Shown here one piece after another: positions 27,206 to 36,970 of a DNA stretch of 64,000 bases (position 1 is its first letter; each line of letters begins with the position of its first letter). The DNA comes from Candidatus Eremiobacteria bacterium. GTDB taxonomy: Bacteria > Vulcanimicrobiota > Vulcanimicrobiia > Vulcanimicrobiales > Vulcanimicrobiaceae. The position numbers were made by a program, and so were the translations under genes. Under the pieces are notes generated by a model. It saw only the letters and a list, made by a program, of their open reading frames with translations, was not told the DNA's origin and ran no database searches. The DNA lies in assembly GCA_963737065.1 (NCBI GenBank), contig CAVTRC010000001.1:256001-320000 (forward strand), read 5' to 3'.

Positions 27206-27499
27206 ATGATTACCGCACCGACGAAGCAAGACCCGAATCTCGCCTATGCACGCCGCGTGTTCGAAGCATTGGGCAACGGCAACGCGGCACGGCTCGATAA
27301 CGCACTCGCCCGGAACTCGATGAACGATCAGTTGATCGAGTACTTTCGCATGCTGCGCGAGCAGACGGGACGCGCGTACCAACTGGTGCCCGGTGCGTTC
27401 GCGGCATCCGGCGACAAAGTGCTTCGCCTCACGATCGCCGGCGGGAAAACCGTTGAAGTCTCAAATCACGTGGAGGTCTGCCGGCGCCGCGGTTCGTAG
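27206..27499 (+). CDS. Hypothetical protein (SnoaL-like, possibly degenerate)
   Basis: ARRVFEALGNGN..LDNALA start typical of NTF2-like proteins; short. Confidence 0.45.
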   Translation: MITAPTKQDPNLAYARRVFEALGNGNAARLDNALARNSMNDQLIEYFRMLREQTGRAYQLVPGAFAASGDKVLRLTIAGGKTVEVSNHVEVCRRRGS

Positions 27500-27504
27500 C
27501 TCCG

Positions 27505-28698
27505 GTGCGACAAACCGGTCCGCGTGCTCGGTCGACGGCGCTGCTGCTTTCGACGCTCGCTTTTGCGGTCTGCTTTTACGGATGGACGCTTTACGGTCCG
27601 CTCGCACCCGCGTTACAAACGACGCTGCGCCTTAATGACGTTCAGGTAGGGTGGCTCGTCGCGATCCCCGTTGTGCTCGGATCGCTGATGCGTATACCGC
27701 TGGGTTTTCTCAGCCAGCGATTCGGCGGCCGCATCGTATTCGTTGCGCTGATGGCGTTTGCACTCGTGCCGCTTCTGGCGATCATCGCATGGCACGAGTC
27801 GTATACCGCGTTGCTCGCGTTCGGCTTATTGCTCGGCTTCGCCGGTGCTTCGTTCGCGGTCGGCGTTCCATTCGTCAATGATTGGTATCCGCCGCAGCAG
27901 CGCGGATTCGCGCTCGGGATCTATGGCGCCGGGACCGGCGGAACCGTCATCGCGGGTTTGACCGCTCCACGGCTAGCCGCGGCGTACGGCATATCGGCTC
28001 CCTTCGTGCTCGCCGCGGTGCTCGTCGGGGCGATGCTCGTCATCTTCACGCTCTTTGCGCGCAATGCACCAAACGTCGAGCCGTCAACGGGCAGCTTCGC
28101 CTCGACTTTCGACGTCTTTCGCAAGAGTTTTCGCGCGTGGACGCTCGCCCTCGTCTACTTCGTGACCTTCGGCGGCTTTGTTGCGATGTTTCTTTACCTT
28201 CCGCAGATTCTCGTCGGCGTCTACGCGTTGTCGAAAACGGACGCGGGAGCGCGTGCTGCGGGGTTTGCACTCGTCTCGGTGCTCGCGCGTCCCATCGGCG
28301 GCGCGCTCGCGGACCGATTCGGCGCGGAACGTGTTCTCGTCTACGCGCTGGCATGGGCGGTTGCGGTGGCGGCTCTGCTCGGTGCAACGTACACGTGGAT
28401 GGCCTTCTTCACCGCATGTTGCTTGACGCTCGCAGCAGCGTTCGGCGCAGGCAGCGGCGCGGTGTTCAAGATCGTCGGCAGCGAATTTCCGAAGAGCGTG
28501 GGAGCCGTCACCGGAGTCGTCGGCGCGACGGGCGGCCTCGGCGGTTTCTTTCCGCCGATCGTCATGGGAATCGTCAAGGCCTACACCGGTTCGTATGCTT
28601 TGGGTTTCGCGCTGATGGGCGTGATGTGCGCCGTATGTCTCGCGCTGCTGCTCCCGAGACGCGAGCACGACATCAGCACCGGAAAACCGACGCTATGA
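27505..28698 (+). CDS. narK: Nitrate/nitrite MFS transporter
   Basis: GSLMRIPLG, GFAGASFAVG, FGGFVA, ARPIGGALADR, GVVGATGGLGGFF. Confidence 0.92.
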   Translation: MRQTGPRARSTALLLSTLAFAVCFYGWTLYGPLAPALQTTLRLNDVQVGWLVAIPVVLGSLMRIPLGFLSQRFGGRIVFVALMAFALVPLLAIIAWHESYTALLAFGLLLGFAGASFAVGVPFVNDWYPPQQRGFALGIYGAGTGGTVIAGLTAPRLAAAYGISAPFVLAAVLVGAMLVIFTLFARNAPNVEPSTGSFASTFDVFRKSFRAWTLALVYFVTFGGFVAMFLYLPQILVGVYALSKTDAGARAAGFALVSVLARPIGGALADRFGAERVLVYALAWAVAVAALLGATYTWMAFFTACCLTLAAAFGAGSGAVFKIVGSEFPKSVGAVTGVVGATGGLGGFFPPIVMGIVKAYTGSYALGFALMGVMCAVCLALLLPRREHDISTGKPTL

Positions 28699-28709
28699 TT
28701 GGTGACTAT

Positions 28710-29327
28710 TTACTGCGCGAAGACGGCGTCCGGAATATCGGGATTGATTTTGTAGTCCGAAAGGCTTGACGTAATCGTCCCCTTATACTGCGGTTCGTCG
28801 ACGACGCCGTTCTGCGAGGTGACGAGGATATACCCTTTGACGTTGCCGTACGCGTTGGTCATCTGCGCGGTGCCCCCGTTGGCGTACGTCCACTTCATCG
28901 ACGTCACGACCGCGCGCTTGTCATCGGCAACCGCATCGATTTCTTGAACGTTGCCCTGCTCTTTCGGAACGAGCTTGAAGTGCGCGGCCGTGCCGTCGTC
29001 GGAGATTTTCGTGATGGTGAACACGGCGTTCCATTGAGAAGGCGGAACGATGCGGGGGTAGAGCTGACTGAATTGCTGCGCGATTCCCGGCAACCCGCTC
29101 GTGATCGAAAGCTTGTCGCGGTCCGGATCCTTATGATAGTACGTCGCCATTAGGTCGGTGGAGAGATACGGGAACGTCGTCATCGCGACGTGCGCCTTCA
29201 TCGTCGCCGTATACGAATGGAGGTTGGCGTTCACCGCGCTCATCCGCGCGAGCAGATCGTCTTGCGCACGCGTCGCAGCGGGGATTGACGCGGCCAGGAT
29301 CGCGAGCACGCACAGTACCGGCTTCAT
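28710..29327 (-). CDS. Exported LolA-like hypothetical protein
   Basis: Signal peptide; C-terminal DYKINPDIPDAVF. Confidence 0.65.
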   Translation of the reverse strand: MKPVLCVLAILAASIPAATRAQDDLLARMSAVNANLHSYTATMKAHVAMTTFPYLSTDLMATYYHKDPDRDKLSITSGLPGIAQQFSQLYPRIVPPSQWNAVFTITKISDDGTAAHFKLVPKEQGNVQEIDAVADDKRAVVTSMKWTYANGGTAQMTNAYGNVKGYILVTSQNGVVDEPQYKGTITSSLSDYKINPDIPDAVFAQ

Positions 29328-30514
29328 GTAGTGCGTAACGTTGCGTCGTCGACGAAGGGTTCCAGCGCGCCGAAGACTTCCGAGCGTACGCCCGGGTCTT
29401 CTTCGACCGCGTAGTGCGCGCGCAAGTGCGCGATCGCGGGCGGCGAACCGATGCGGCCGAGCGCCCACGCCGCCGCGCTTCTTACCATCGCATGCGGATC
29501 GTCCGCTAACGCTTGCGCGAGCGCAGCGACCGCACTGCGATCGAGCGAATTTCCAAGCGCAAGCGCTGCATTGCGCCGCAAAACGGCTGCCCCGCGCCAT
29601 CCCATTGCGGTCCGCGCATAGCGGCGTTTGAATTCGCCGCTGCGCAATCGTAAGAGCCGGTCAAGCTGCGGCGCACCCGTCGCGGCATCGTACGGTTCGA
29701 AACGCTCGTCGCCGCGGTGGCGCGCCCGCATCGTGGGAGGACAGACGTCCTGGCATATATCGCAGCCCCATATCCAGTCGCCGAGCAGCGGTCGCATCTC
29801 ACGCGGAATCATGTCGGTGCGTTGCGTTAAATCGGCAATGCAGCGATTGGCGTCGATCGTATAGTCGCCGCGCAATGCACCGGTCGGACATGCGTCGACG
29901 CATCGCGTGCATGTACCGCAGCTCTTACGCAGCGGTGGATCGAGCGGCAAGTCCAGCGTGGTAATCAACTCGCCGAGGAACACGAACGAGCCGGCACGCG
30001 GCGAAATAAGGTTCGTGTGCTTTCCGATCCATCCGAGTCCGGCTCGCGCCGCAAATGCTCGCTCGGCGATCGGTTTCGTGTCGCACGCGATTGCCGTCAC
30101 GGCCGCGCCGGCGAATCGGTCGACGATCGCGGAGAGCTCGCGAAGCAGCGACCGCATCCGATGGTGATAATCCTCGGACCACGCGTAGTTCGATACGCGC
30201 CCATGGAGCCGGGTACGCGGCGCGGGCGGCGTCGCATACGGCACTGCGACACAAATGATGCTTCGCGCGCCCGCGAGCACCGTATCGGGATCGCTTGCGG
30301 CACGTGCATAGCGTTCGTCGTACGGCCACGTGGCGAGATCGCGACGCGCGAACGATGCGCGCAAGCGCGCGCGCAGTTCGTGATCGATCGACGCCTGCGT
30401 TACGCGAACGTCGACGGCTCCGCGAGCGCGTGCTTCGGCGACGATTCGCTCCTTGAGCGCTTCGCCGTCAGAGCGTTGCGATTGGGCGCTTGCGTCCGAG
30501 AGGGAACGCTGCAT
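29324..30514 (-). CDS. queG: Epoxyqueuosine reductase
   Basis: YAWSEDYH, AGLGWIGK, CGTCTRCVDACPT, WGCDICQDVCP, HEAT repeats; start uncertain. Confidence 0.92.
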   Translation of the reverse strand: MQRSLSDASAQSQRSDGEALKERIVAEARARGAVDVRVTQASIDHELRARLRASFARRDLATWPYDERYARAASDPDTVLAGARSIICVAVPYATPPAPRTRLHGRVSNYAWSEDYHHRMRSLLRELSAIVDRFAGAAVTAIACDTKPIAERAFAARAGLGWIGKHTNLISPRAGSFVFLGELITTLDLPLDPPLRKSCGTCTRCVDACPTGALRGDYTIDANRCIADLTQRTDMIPREMRPLLGDWIWGCDICQDVCPPTMRARHRGDERFEPYDAATGAPQLDRLLRLRSGEFKRRYARTAMGWRGAAVLRRNAALALGNSLDRSAVAALAQALADDPHAMVRSAAAWALGRIGSPPAIAHLRAHYAVEEDPGVRSEVFGALEPFVDDATLRTT

Positions 30515-31319
30515 CGATCTCCTCGATGTCGTGCGCATCGAGCTTGAGGGCGCCCGCGCGCGCGTTGTCCTCAACGTGCGCGACGGTCGACGCCTTCGGA
30601 ATCGTGAACACGTTGGGATGACGCGTGAGAAACGCGAGAACGACCTGACGCGGCGTCGCGCCGTGCTTTGCGGCGATACGCCCCAGAACGCCCTCCGGCG
30701 CCGTCGCTTCGCGCGGAAATCGCCCGCGACCGAACGGTGTGTACGCGACGATCGCGACATCGTGCTGTGCCGCCGTTTCAATCAACTCGTGCTCGGGGCC
30801 GCGCTCCTTTAGATGATACAGCACTTGGTTGCACGCGAGCGGAACGTTGTCGAGGTGGCGTTCGGCTTCGAGCATGTCGTCGACGTCGAAGTTGCTGATG
30901 CCGGCGAAGCGAATCTTTCCTTCACGTACGAGTTCCGCAAGTGCGCGCATCGTCTCTTCCAACGGCACGTCGCTCGGCCAATGCAACAGGTAGAGATCCA
31001 AGTACTCCAGCCGCAATCGCCGAAGACTGCGCTCGCATGCAGCAATGGTCTTACTGTACGTCGCGTTTGCGGGCAAGACTTTACTCGTAACAAAGATCGT
31101 TTCGCGCGGTATGTCGCGTATTGCGTCGCCGAGAATGCGTTCGACCGCACCGCCGCCGTACATTTCCGCGGTATCGAGGTGCGTCATGCCGAGTTCGATT
31201 CCGCGCCTGATCGCCCGCTTTGCCTCGTCAACGGCAGCACCGCTTTCCGGAATGTCCCACGTGCCTTGGCCGATGACGGGCAGGTCGATGCCGGTCGCTC
31301 CGAAAGGTTTCTTGCGCAT
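30468..31319 (-). CDS. Aldo/keto reductase
   Basis: IGQGTW, DTAEMYG, DLYLLHWP, GISNF, IPKAS. Confidence 0.95.
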   Translation of the reverse strand: MRKKPFGATGIDLPVIGQGTWDIPESGAAVDEAKRAIRRGIELGMTHLDTAEMYGGGAVERILGDAIRDIPRETIFVTSKVLPANATYSKTIAACERSLRRLRLEYLDLYLLHWPSDVPLEETMRALAELVREGKIRFAGISNFDVDDMLEAERHLDNVPLACNQVLYHLKERGPEHELIETAAQHDVAIVAYTPFGRGRFPREATAPEGVLGRIAAKHGATPRQVVLAFLTRHPNVFTIPKASTVAHVEDNARAGALKLDAHDIEEIDAAFPLGRKRPIATL

Positions 31320-31330
31320 CGGTTGCCTGT

Positions 31331-32464
31331 CTAATACAGCGTGAAATCGTCGTGGGCTGCGGCATATGCGAGCAAGCCGCCGCGCAAGTGTCGTACCCGC
31401 GTGAAGCCGGCATCACGCAAGCGACGTGCCGCCCACAGCGATTTTGCGCCGACGCGACACGCGACGACATACCGTCGCGCGCTATCGAGTTCGTGAAGCC
31501 GTGCCTCCAATTCCGACGCTGGAACGTGCAGGGCGCCCTCAACGCGCGCAACGATGACTTCATGCGGTTCGCGCACATCGAGGAGCAGCGCATCCGTCAG
31601 CGCATCGTCGAGTGCGGAAGGCTCCACTTCATCGTCGTCTCGCTCTTCTTCGTCTTCGTGGAGGACGGCGTCGCGGATGACCGGCGTATCGCCGCACACC
31701 GCACACTGCGTATCGCGCTCAAACCGAACCTCGCGCGTGCGCGCGCCGAGGCTCTCCACGAGCAACAGACGGCCGACGAGCGGTTCTCCGATGCCTACGA
31801 TCGTCTTGATCGCTTCGTTGGCTTGCCATGCACCGACGAGCCCCGCAAGGACCCCGAGAACGCCGCCCTCCGCGCACGTCGGCACCGTTCCGGCGGGCGG
31901 CGCGTCGGGATACAAGCACCGATAACACGGACCGCCGGACGAACCGAACACGCTCACCTGTCCGTCGAAACGGAAAATTGACGCATATACGTCGGGCTTG
32001 CGCTCCAACACGCACGCGTCGTTAATCAAGTACCGCGTCGGAAACCGGTCCGTACAATCGACGACGACATCGTACAAACGCACGAGCTCGCGTGCGTTTT
32101 CCGGCGCGAACCGTATCGCGAGCGTGTCGACCGCCACAAGCGGGTTGAGCGCGCGCACGTATTCGGATGCAGCTTCTGCCTTTTTGCGCCCGATGTCGCG
32201 CGTTGCAAAAATCGTCTGCCGCTGCAGATTCGTCTCGTCGACGACGTCGTCGTCCATAATCCCGATGCGTCCCGCGCCTGCTGCGGCAAGGTATTGAAGT
32301 ACCGGCGCGCCCAAACCGCCGGCTCCGATCACGAGCACGCGCGCTGCCGCCAGCCGCTCTTGGCCGGCAAGGCCGACTTCCGGAATCAACAAATGGCGGC
32401 TGTACCGGCGCAATTCCGGGCGCCCGGCGAGCCTTATTCGCGGGGGTGCAGTTTGTTCAGCCAT
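31331..32464 (-). CDS. moeB: Molybdopterin-synthase adenylyltransferase with rhodanese domain
   Basis: RYSRH, GAGGLG, NLQRQ, CYRCLYP, TCAEGGVLG; rhodanese CRVG. Confidence 0.93.
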   Translation of the reverse strand: MAEQTAPPRIRLAGRPELRRYSRHLLIPEVGLAGQERLAAARVLVIGAGGLGAPVLQYLAAAGAGRIGIMDDDVVDETNLQRQTIFATRDIGRKKAEAASEYVRALNPLVAVDTLAIRFAPENARELVRLYDVVVDCTDRFPTRYLINDACVLERKPDVYASIFRFDGQVSVFGSSGGPCYRCLYPDAPPAGTVPTCAEGGVLGVLAGLVGAWQANEAIKTIVGIGEPLVGRLLLVESLGARTREVRFERDTQCAVCGDTPVIRDAVLHEDEEERDDDEVEPSALDDALTDALLLDVREPHEVIVARVEGALHVPASELEARLHELDSARRYVVACRVGAKSLWAARRLRDAGFTRVRHLRGGLLAYAAAHDDFTLY

Positions 32465-33153
32465 TGCAGCAGTTCCGTGCGGGCGTTTTCGGCGGCGTTG
32501 GTGTGATCGCTTTCGATCGTCGCGAAACTTTTTGGGTCCGGCGCGTTGTCGTAAAGTTCGCGCGAACTCGCCATGCTCACCATTGCGTCCTTCGTTGCAG
32601 CGATATATATGCACGGCCGTCCCGCGAGTTTCGGAAGGTAGCGGTCGTACCACGTGCCGACGTCGGCAACGAGCGCGGAAAGATCGACGCCCTCGACATA
32701 TGACGAGCGAAAATCGGTCTTGCCGGCCGCTTTGAGTGCTGCAATCGCACTCGGGCGGCCGTATCCGGTTGCGATCGCCATGGCCCCGTCGAGCTCGGGA
32801 TTTCGCGCCGCGGTAAAGAGCGCCGTCATCGCACCCATGCTATGCCCCATCACATAGAGCGGCTGATCGTCGATTGTGCGCGCCATGTCGACGACTGCTT
32901 CCATGGCATCGACGCAATCCTCGATACCGCGCAGTTTTCCGCCGCTCGCGCCGAGCTTATGTCCGGGAAAGTCGAGGCTGAAAATGCTGAAGCCTTGCGC
33001 GGAAAGGAACGAGCAGAGCGGATCGAGATTGTGTTTGCTCGATGAATAGCCGTGGCCGGCAACGATCGTTACGCCGCGCGGACGCCGTGGGCCATAGCGA
33101 AGTACGGCGATGTCGTTATTGCGCGCTCGTGCGACGAGCAGATCAACAGGCAT
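32434..33153 (-). CDS. Alpha/beta hydrolase
   Basis: HGY, DFPGH, GHSMG nucleophile elbow, SDH. Confidence 0.88.
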   Translation of the reverse strand: MPVDLLVARARNNDIAVLRYGPRRPRGVTIVAGHGYSSSKHNLDPLCSFLSAQGFSIFSLDFPGHKLGASGGKLRGIEDCVDAMEAVVDMARTIDDQPLYVMGHSMGAMTALFTAARNPELDGAMAIATGYGRPSAIAALKAAGKTDFRSSYVEGVDLSALVADVGTWYDRYLPKLAGRPCIYIAATKDAMVSMASSRELYDNAPDPKSFATIESDHTNAAENARTELLQWLNKLHPRE

Positions 33154-33559
33154 TCGCGATCCATTCACCGCCACCGTCCGTATAGCGTTCCTTTTTCCAA
33201 ATAGGCGCGCGCGCTTTCAGCTCGTCGATCGCATATTCGCATGCATCGAACGCTTCACCGCGATGTTCCGCTGCTGCGCACACGACGACCGCCGTTTCGC
33301 CGACATTCAAAGCGCCTATGCGATGCGCGATCGCGAGGCGCGCGCCGGGAAACTGTTCGCGCACTTCGTTTGCGATCGTTTCGAACTCCGCGAGCGCCAT
33401 CGCTTCGTGCGCTTCGTACTCGAGCCCGGTGACTTCCCGTCCGTCGTTCGCGCGGTTGCGAACGACGCCGAGAAACGTGACGACGCCGCCGGTCGCATCG
33501 CTGAGCACGGCGGTTTCCAATGCGCGCGGTTCGATCGGCTCTCGCTGAATGCGGAACAC
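33143..33559 (-). CDS. moaE: Molybdopterin synthase catalytic subunit
   Basis: FLGVVRN, LEYEAH, HRIG, APIWKKE. Confidence 0.95.
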   Translation of the reverse strand: MFRIQREPIEPRALETAVLSDATGGVVTFLGVVRNRANDGREVTGLEYEAHEAMALAEFETIANEVREQFPGARLAIAHRIGALNVGETAVVVCAAAEHRGEAFDACEYAIDELKARAPIWKKERYTDGGGEWIANAC

Positions 33560-33569
33560 GCTGATGTCC

Positions 33570-33824
33570 CTACCCGCCGCCGACGGGCGGAAGCAATGCG
33601 ATCTCGTCGCCGCTCGCGACGCGTTCGTTCAACATCGCGACAACGCGTCCGTTGCGCGCGATACGCGTGCTCGACGCTAACGCATCGATTTTCCGATTGC
33701 GCGCGCGCAAGGCGTCCCACACGTCGACGAGCGTCGCGCCCTCGGCAAGCTGCAAGTCGAATTCGGCGACGTCGAGCAGCTCGCGCATCCGGGCGAATGC
33801 ACGAACGCGTATTATAATCGTCAA
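33570..33824 (-). CDS. moaD: Molybdopterin synthase sulfur carrier subunit
   Basis: FARMRE; C-terminal GDEIALLPPVGGG; TTG start inferred. Confidence 0.9.
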   Translation of the reverse strand: MTIIIRVRAFARMRELLDVAEFDLQLAEGATLVDVWDALRARNRKIDALASSTRIARNGRVVAMLNERVASGDEIALLPPVGGG

Positions 33825-33825
33825 C

Positions 33826-34080
33826 TTAGAAGCCGCCGATGTCGGTTGTGTATCCATGCTCCGTGAGCCACGCACGCGATGATTCGTGCTTTGCAAGCAT
33901 ATCCAAACGGTTGCAGATCAGCTTGTGCATCATGACTTCCCAGAAGTGCTGACCCTTTTCGTAGACTTCATCGGGAACTTGATTCTCGCTGCGCGCGAAT
34001 TCACGCAGTGCGACCCAATCCATCCGCTCGAGAATCGCCCGTAACCGCGACTCGTACTCGGGCGAAGGAATGCTTTGCAT
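33826..34080 (-). CDS. Hypothetical protein
   Basis: 84 aa; GGGAG upstream; within the operon. Confidence 0.65.
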   Translation of the reverse strand: MQSIPSPEYESRLRAILERMDWVALREFARSENQVPDEVYEKGQHFWEVMMHKLICNRLDMLAKHESSRAWLTEHGYTTDIGGF

Positions 34081-34091
34081 CGCTGCTCTCC

Positions 34092-34913
34092 CTAGGCACT
34101 CTTCTTCTCATCCTCGATAGGATCCAGCACGAAGCGTTCGATCGCGAGCGCTACGCCGTCTTCATCGTTGCTGGCCGTGGTATGCTTCACGGCCGCGCGC
34201 ACCTCCGGTAACGCGTTTGCCATCGCGACGCCGACCGCCGCCCAGCGCAGCATCGGAACGTCGTTGCGTGAATCGCCGACGGCCATGACGCGACTTGGCC
34301 GCACGGCCAGGTCGCGGCACAGTCGCGCGAGCGCGTTCTTCTTCGTCGCCTCGATGCTCGTGACGGCAAGCTCTTCGAAGTCGCCCCAGGTCTCGTACTT
34401 GAAGTGGACGGGAAAGGGCGCAAACGTTTCACGAATCGACCGGACGGCGTCGCCCCCGAAGAACCGGATGAACGTCGGTGCCGACGAGAGGACGCGCGAA
34501 AGCGAGTCGACTTCAACCCAACGCGGTCCGGCCATATCGGCCATGTAGGCCGGGCTTCCCGCGAGCCGGTGAAAGCGTTCTTCGACGTAGATGGCTGCGT
34601 CGATGCCGTTGTTCTCAGCGAACTGGATCATCGGCATCGCGTACTGGAGAGGGACCGGAATGTGTCCCAGGATCTTTCCGGTCATGACGTCTTTGGTCAG
34701 CGCACCGTGCGCGCAGATGATCGGAAGGTTGATCTGCAGTTCGCGCGCCACGTCGCCGGCCGCGTCCGCGCCGCGCCCCGTGACGATGACGACGCGCACG
34801 CCGGCAGCCAGCGCTGCGGAGATGGCCGCCCGGTTTGCGGGAGAGATGTGATCGCTCGAATTCAAGACCGTTCCGTCGAGGTCGAGCGCGATGAGATCGA
34901 TAGCGGGCACCAT
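34092..34913 (-). CDS. Cof-type HAD-IIB hydrolase
   Basis: DLDGT, TGR, GDSRNDVPML. Confidence 0.93.
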   Translation of the reverse strand: MVPAIDLIALDLDGTVLNSSDHISPANRAAISAALAAGVRVVIVTGRGADAAGDVARELQINLPIICAHGALTKDVMTGKILGHIPVPLQYAMPMIQFAENNGIDAAIYVEERFHRLAGSPAYMADMAGPRWVEVDSLSRVLSSAPTFIRFFGGDAVRSIRETFAPFPVHFKYETWGDFEELAVTSIEATKKNALARLCRDLAVRPSRVMAVGDSRNDVPMLRWAAVGVAMANALPEVRAAVKHTTASNDEDGVALAIERFVLDPIEDEKKSA

Positions 34914-35001
34914 CTACAGCATACCTCGCCTCGTCAAACGGGCGGCAGCTTGGGCGCCTAAGGGTGCGATGGTTGCTTGAAGCGAATCGTTGTAGTACAG
35001 A

Positions 35002-35382
35002 ATGAAGCCCTCGTCGTTGGTCGCCGCCATGGTCATAGCTGCCGTGCCGGCAATTGCACCCGCGCAAAGCCATTGTTCCCGCGAAACGTTAACCGTGCGG
35101 GGGACGGCCGTCACAATCTCCTACTGTCCGAGTGCACCGGCGGCCGACGGTCGCGAACTGACGGTCCCGGTGAACGAAGCGTACTCGTCGAGCGGCGGTT
35201 CGTTCTCCCGCAGCGCGAAGCTGCGGTTCATCACGGGCGAAGGTCCTTCGCGGGTCCTCGAAAACGTCGACCTGGACCGGCTGGGTTTGACCGGAACGCT
35301 GCATCTCACGCTCGTCTATACCGGCGGTGAGGTCCGTATCGAGAACGCCATGCTCACTCCGGGTGCCGTCATCATCAAGTAA
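35002..35382 (+). CDS. Exported hypothetical protein
   Basis: Signal peptide; two Cys. Confidence 0.65.
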   Translation: MKPSSLVAAMVIAAVPAIAPAQSHCSRETLTVRGTAVTISYCPSAPAADGRELTVPVNEAYSSSGGSFSRSAKLRFITGEGPSRVLENVDLDRLGLTGTLHLTLVYTGGEVRIENAMLTPGAVIIK

Positions 35383-35519
35383 ATTTGCCCGGTTGCCCGG
35401 TTGCAACCGGGTCGCGAACGGGGCAATCTAAGGAGACGATATGCGACGCCGCTACATCGCGTTCAGCAATTTCAAAATCCCCGACGGCTGTTGTCGTCGT
35501 CCAGAGGAGTAGATCGTTC

Positions 35520-36956
35520 ATGGCCTGTACGGCCGTTGTGCCGAATCTCACGGCTCGCGAGCAAGCGCAGTTTATCGAGGATAACGTCCCGCCCGGACTC
35601 TTCAAAACCGAAGACGAGAGCGCACGAATCCCGTGGCGCGTCAGCCCCGAGCCGTTTGCATTGTCGGCGAAGACCGTCGCGCAGATCGAAGAGATCGGCC
35701 ACGACTTACTCGCCTTCTATCGCGCGCTCAACAACCTCTACAACCGCAGCGCACGCGGCACCGCACCCGCGTTCATCGCCGACTATCTCGACCGCGGGAA
35801 GCCCGAACATATCGTGCGCCTCGAACGACAGAATCGCTTCAAGCAAGAACTACCCGGTGTGATTCGCCCGGATCTGCTACTGACGGACGACGGATTCGCC
35901 GCGTCGGAACTCGACAGCGTGCCGGGCGGCATGGGGTTCGTCGGCGCGATGGCGGAGGCATACTGCAAAGCGGGCATCGAGTCCATCGGCGGACCGGACG
36001 GCATTCCTTACGGTTTCGCCGCGATGCTAAGATACGCAACCGGCGTCGAAAAGCCGACCGTGGCGATCGTTGTTTCCGATGAATCGGGCGATTACCGGCC
36101 GGAGCTGCGATGGCTTGCAGCAGCGATACGGCGCCTGGACATTGCGAACGCGCACGTCATTGCGCCGCAGGACGTGATCTTCACCGAAGAAGCGACGTTC
36201 GCGCGCCTCGAAGACGGACGGGAAGAGAAGCTCGACGCGATCTACCGCAATTTCGAACTGTTCGATCTGCTCAACGTGCCGAAGTGGGAGCTGATGACGT
36301 ATGCGGCGCGGCACAATCGTGTGAGGCTGACGCCTCCGCCGAAAGCAGCGCTTGAAGAAAAACTTTCATTTGCACTCTTCCATCATCCGGCGCTCGCGCA
36401 ACTGTGGCGCGGCGAGCTCGGCAGGGAGATCCACGAACGGTTGAAGTCGCTCTTCCCCATGACGTGGGTGTTGGACCCGCGTTCGCTGCCTCCGCAAGGC
36501 GTGATCTGGGGACTGCAAATCAACGGCTCGCCGGTGTCGGATTTTCATCAATTGATCGAGCTCGGCAAAAGCGATCGCGACTACGTCGTGAAGCCGTCCG
36601 GTTTTTCGGAGCTCGCGTGGGGATCGCGCGGCGTGAAGATCGCGAACGATTTGACGAAAGAAGAATGGCGTGCGGCGCTCGAGAACGCGCTCGCGTCGTT
36701 CGATCATACGCCGTACATTCTGCAACGGTTCCATAAGGGCAAGCGTATCCGGATGCCATATCTCGACCGCACGGCAAGCGAGATCAAGACGTTCGATGCG
36801 CGCGTTCGTCTCACGCCGTACTTTTTCGTAACGGGCGAGAATGCGGTACAACTGGGCGGCGTTCTTGCGACCGTCGCGCCCGCTGACAAGAAATTGATCC
36901 ACGGAATGAGCGATGCGGTGATGACGTCGTCATTCATCAAAGACAACGGCTACTAA
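35520..36956 (+). CDS. Hypothetical ATP-grasp-like (glutathionylspermidine synthase-like) ligase
   Basis: IRPDLL..ELDSVPGG, IYRNFE, EEK, VVKPSG..WGSRGV, ILQRF. Confidence 0.6.
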   Translation: MACTAVVPNLTAREQAQFIEDNVPPGLFKTEDESARIPWRVSPEPFALSAKTVAQIEEIGHDLLAFYRALNNLYNRSARGTAPAFIADYLDRGKPEHIVRLERQNRFKQELPGVIRPDLLLTDDGFAASELDSVPGGMGFVGAMAEAYCKAGIESIGGPDGIPYGFAAMLRYATGVEKPTVAIVVSDESGDYRPELRWLAAAIRRLDIANAHVIAPQDVIFTEEATFARLEDGREEKLDAIYRNFELFDLLNVPKWELMTYAARHNRVRLTPPPKAALEEKLSFALFHHPALAQLWRGELGREIHERLKSLFPMTWVLDPRSLPPQGVIWGLQINGSPVSDFHQLIELGKSDRDYVVKPSGFSELAWGSRGVKIANDLTKEEWRAALENALASFDHTPYILQRFHKGKRIRMPYLDRTASEIKTFDARVRLTPYFFVTGENAVQLGGVLATVAPADKKLIHGMSDAVMTSSFIKDNGY

Positions 36957-36970
36957 AACGGCCGGACGAG

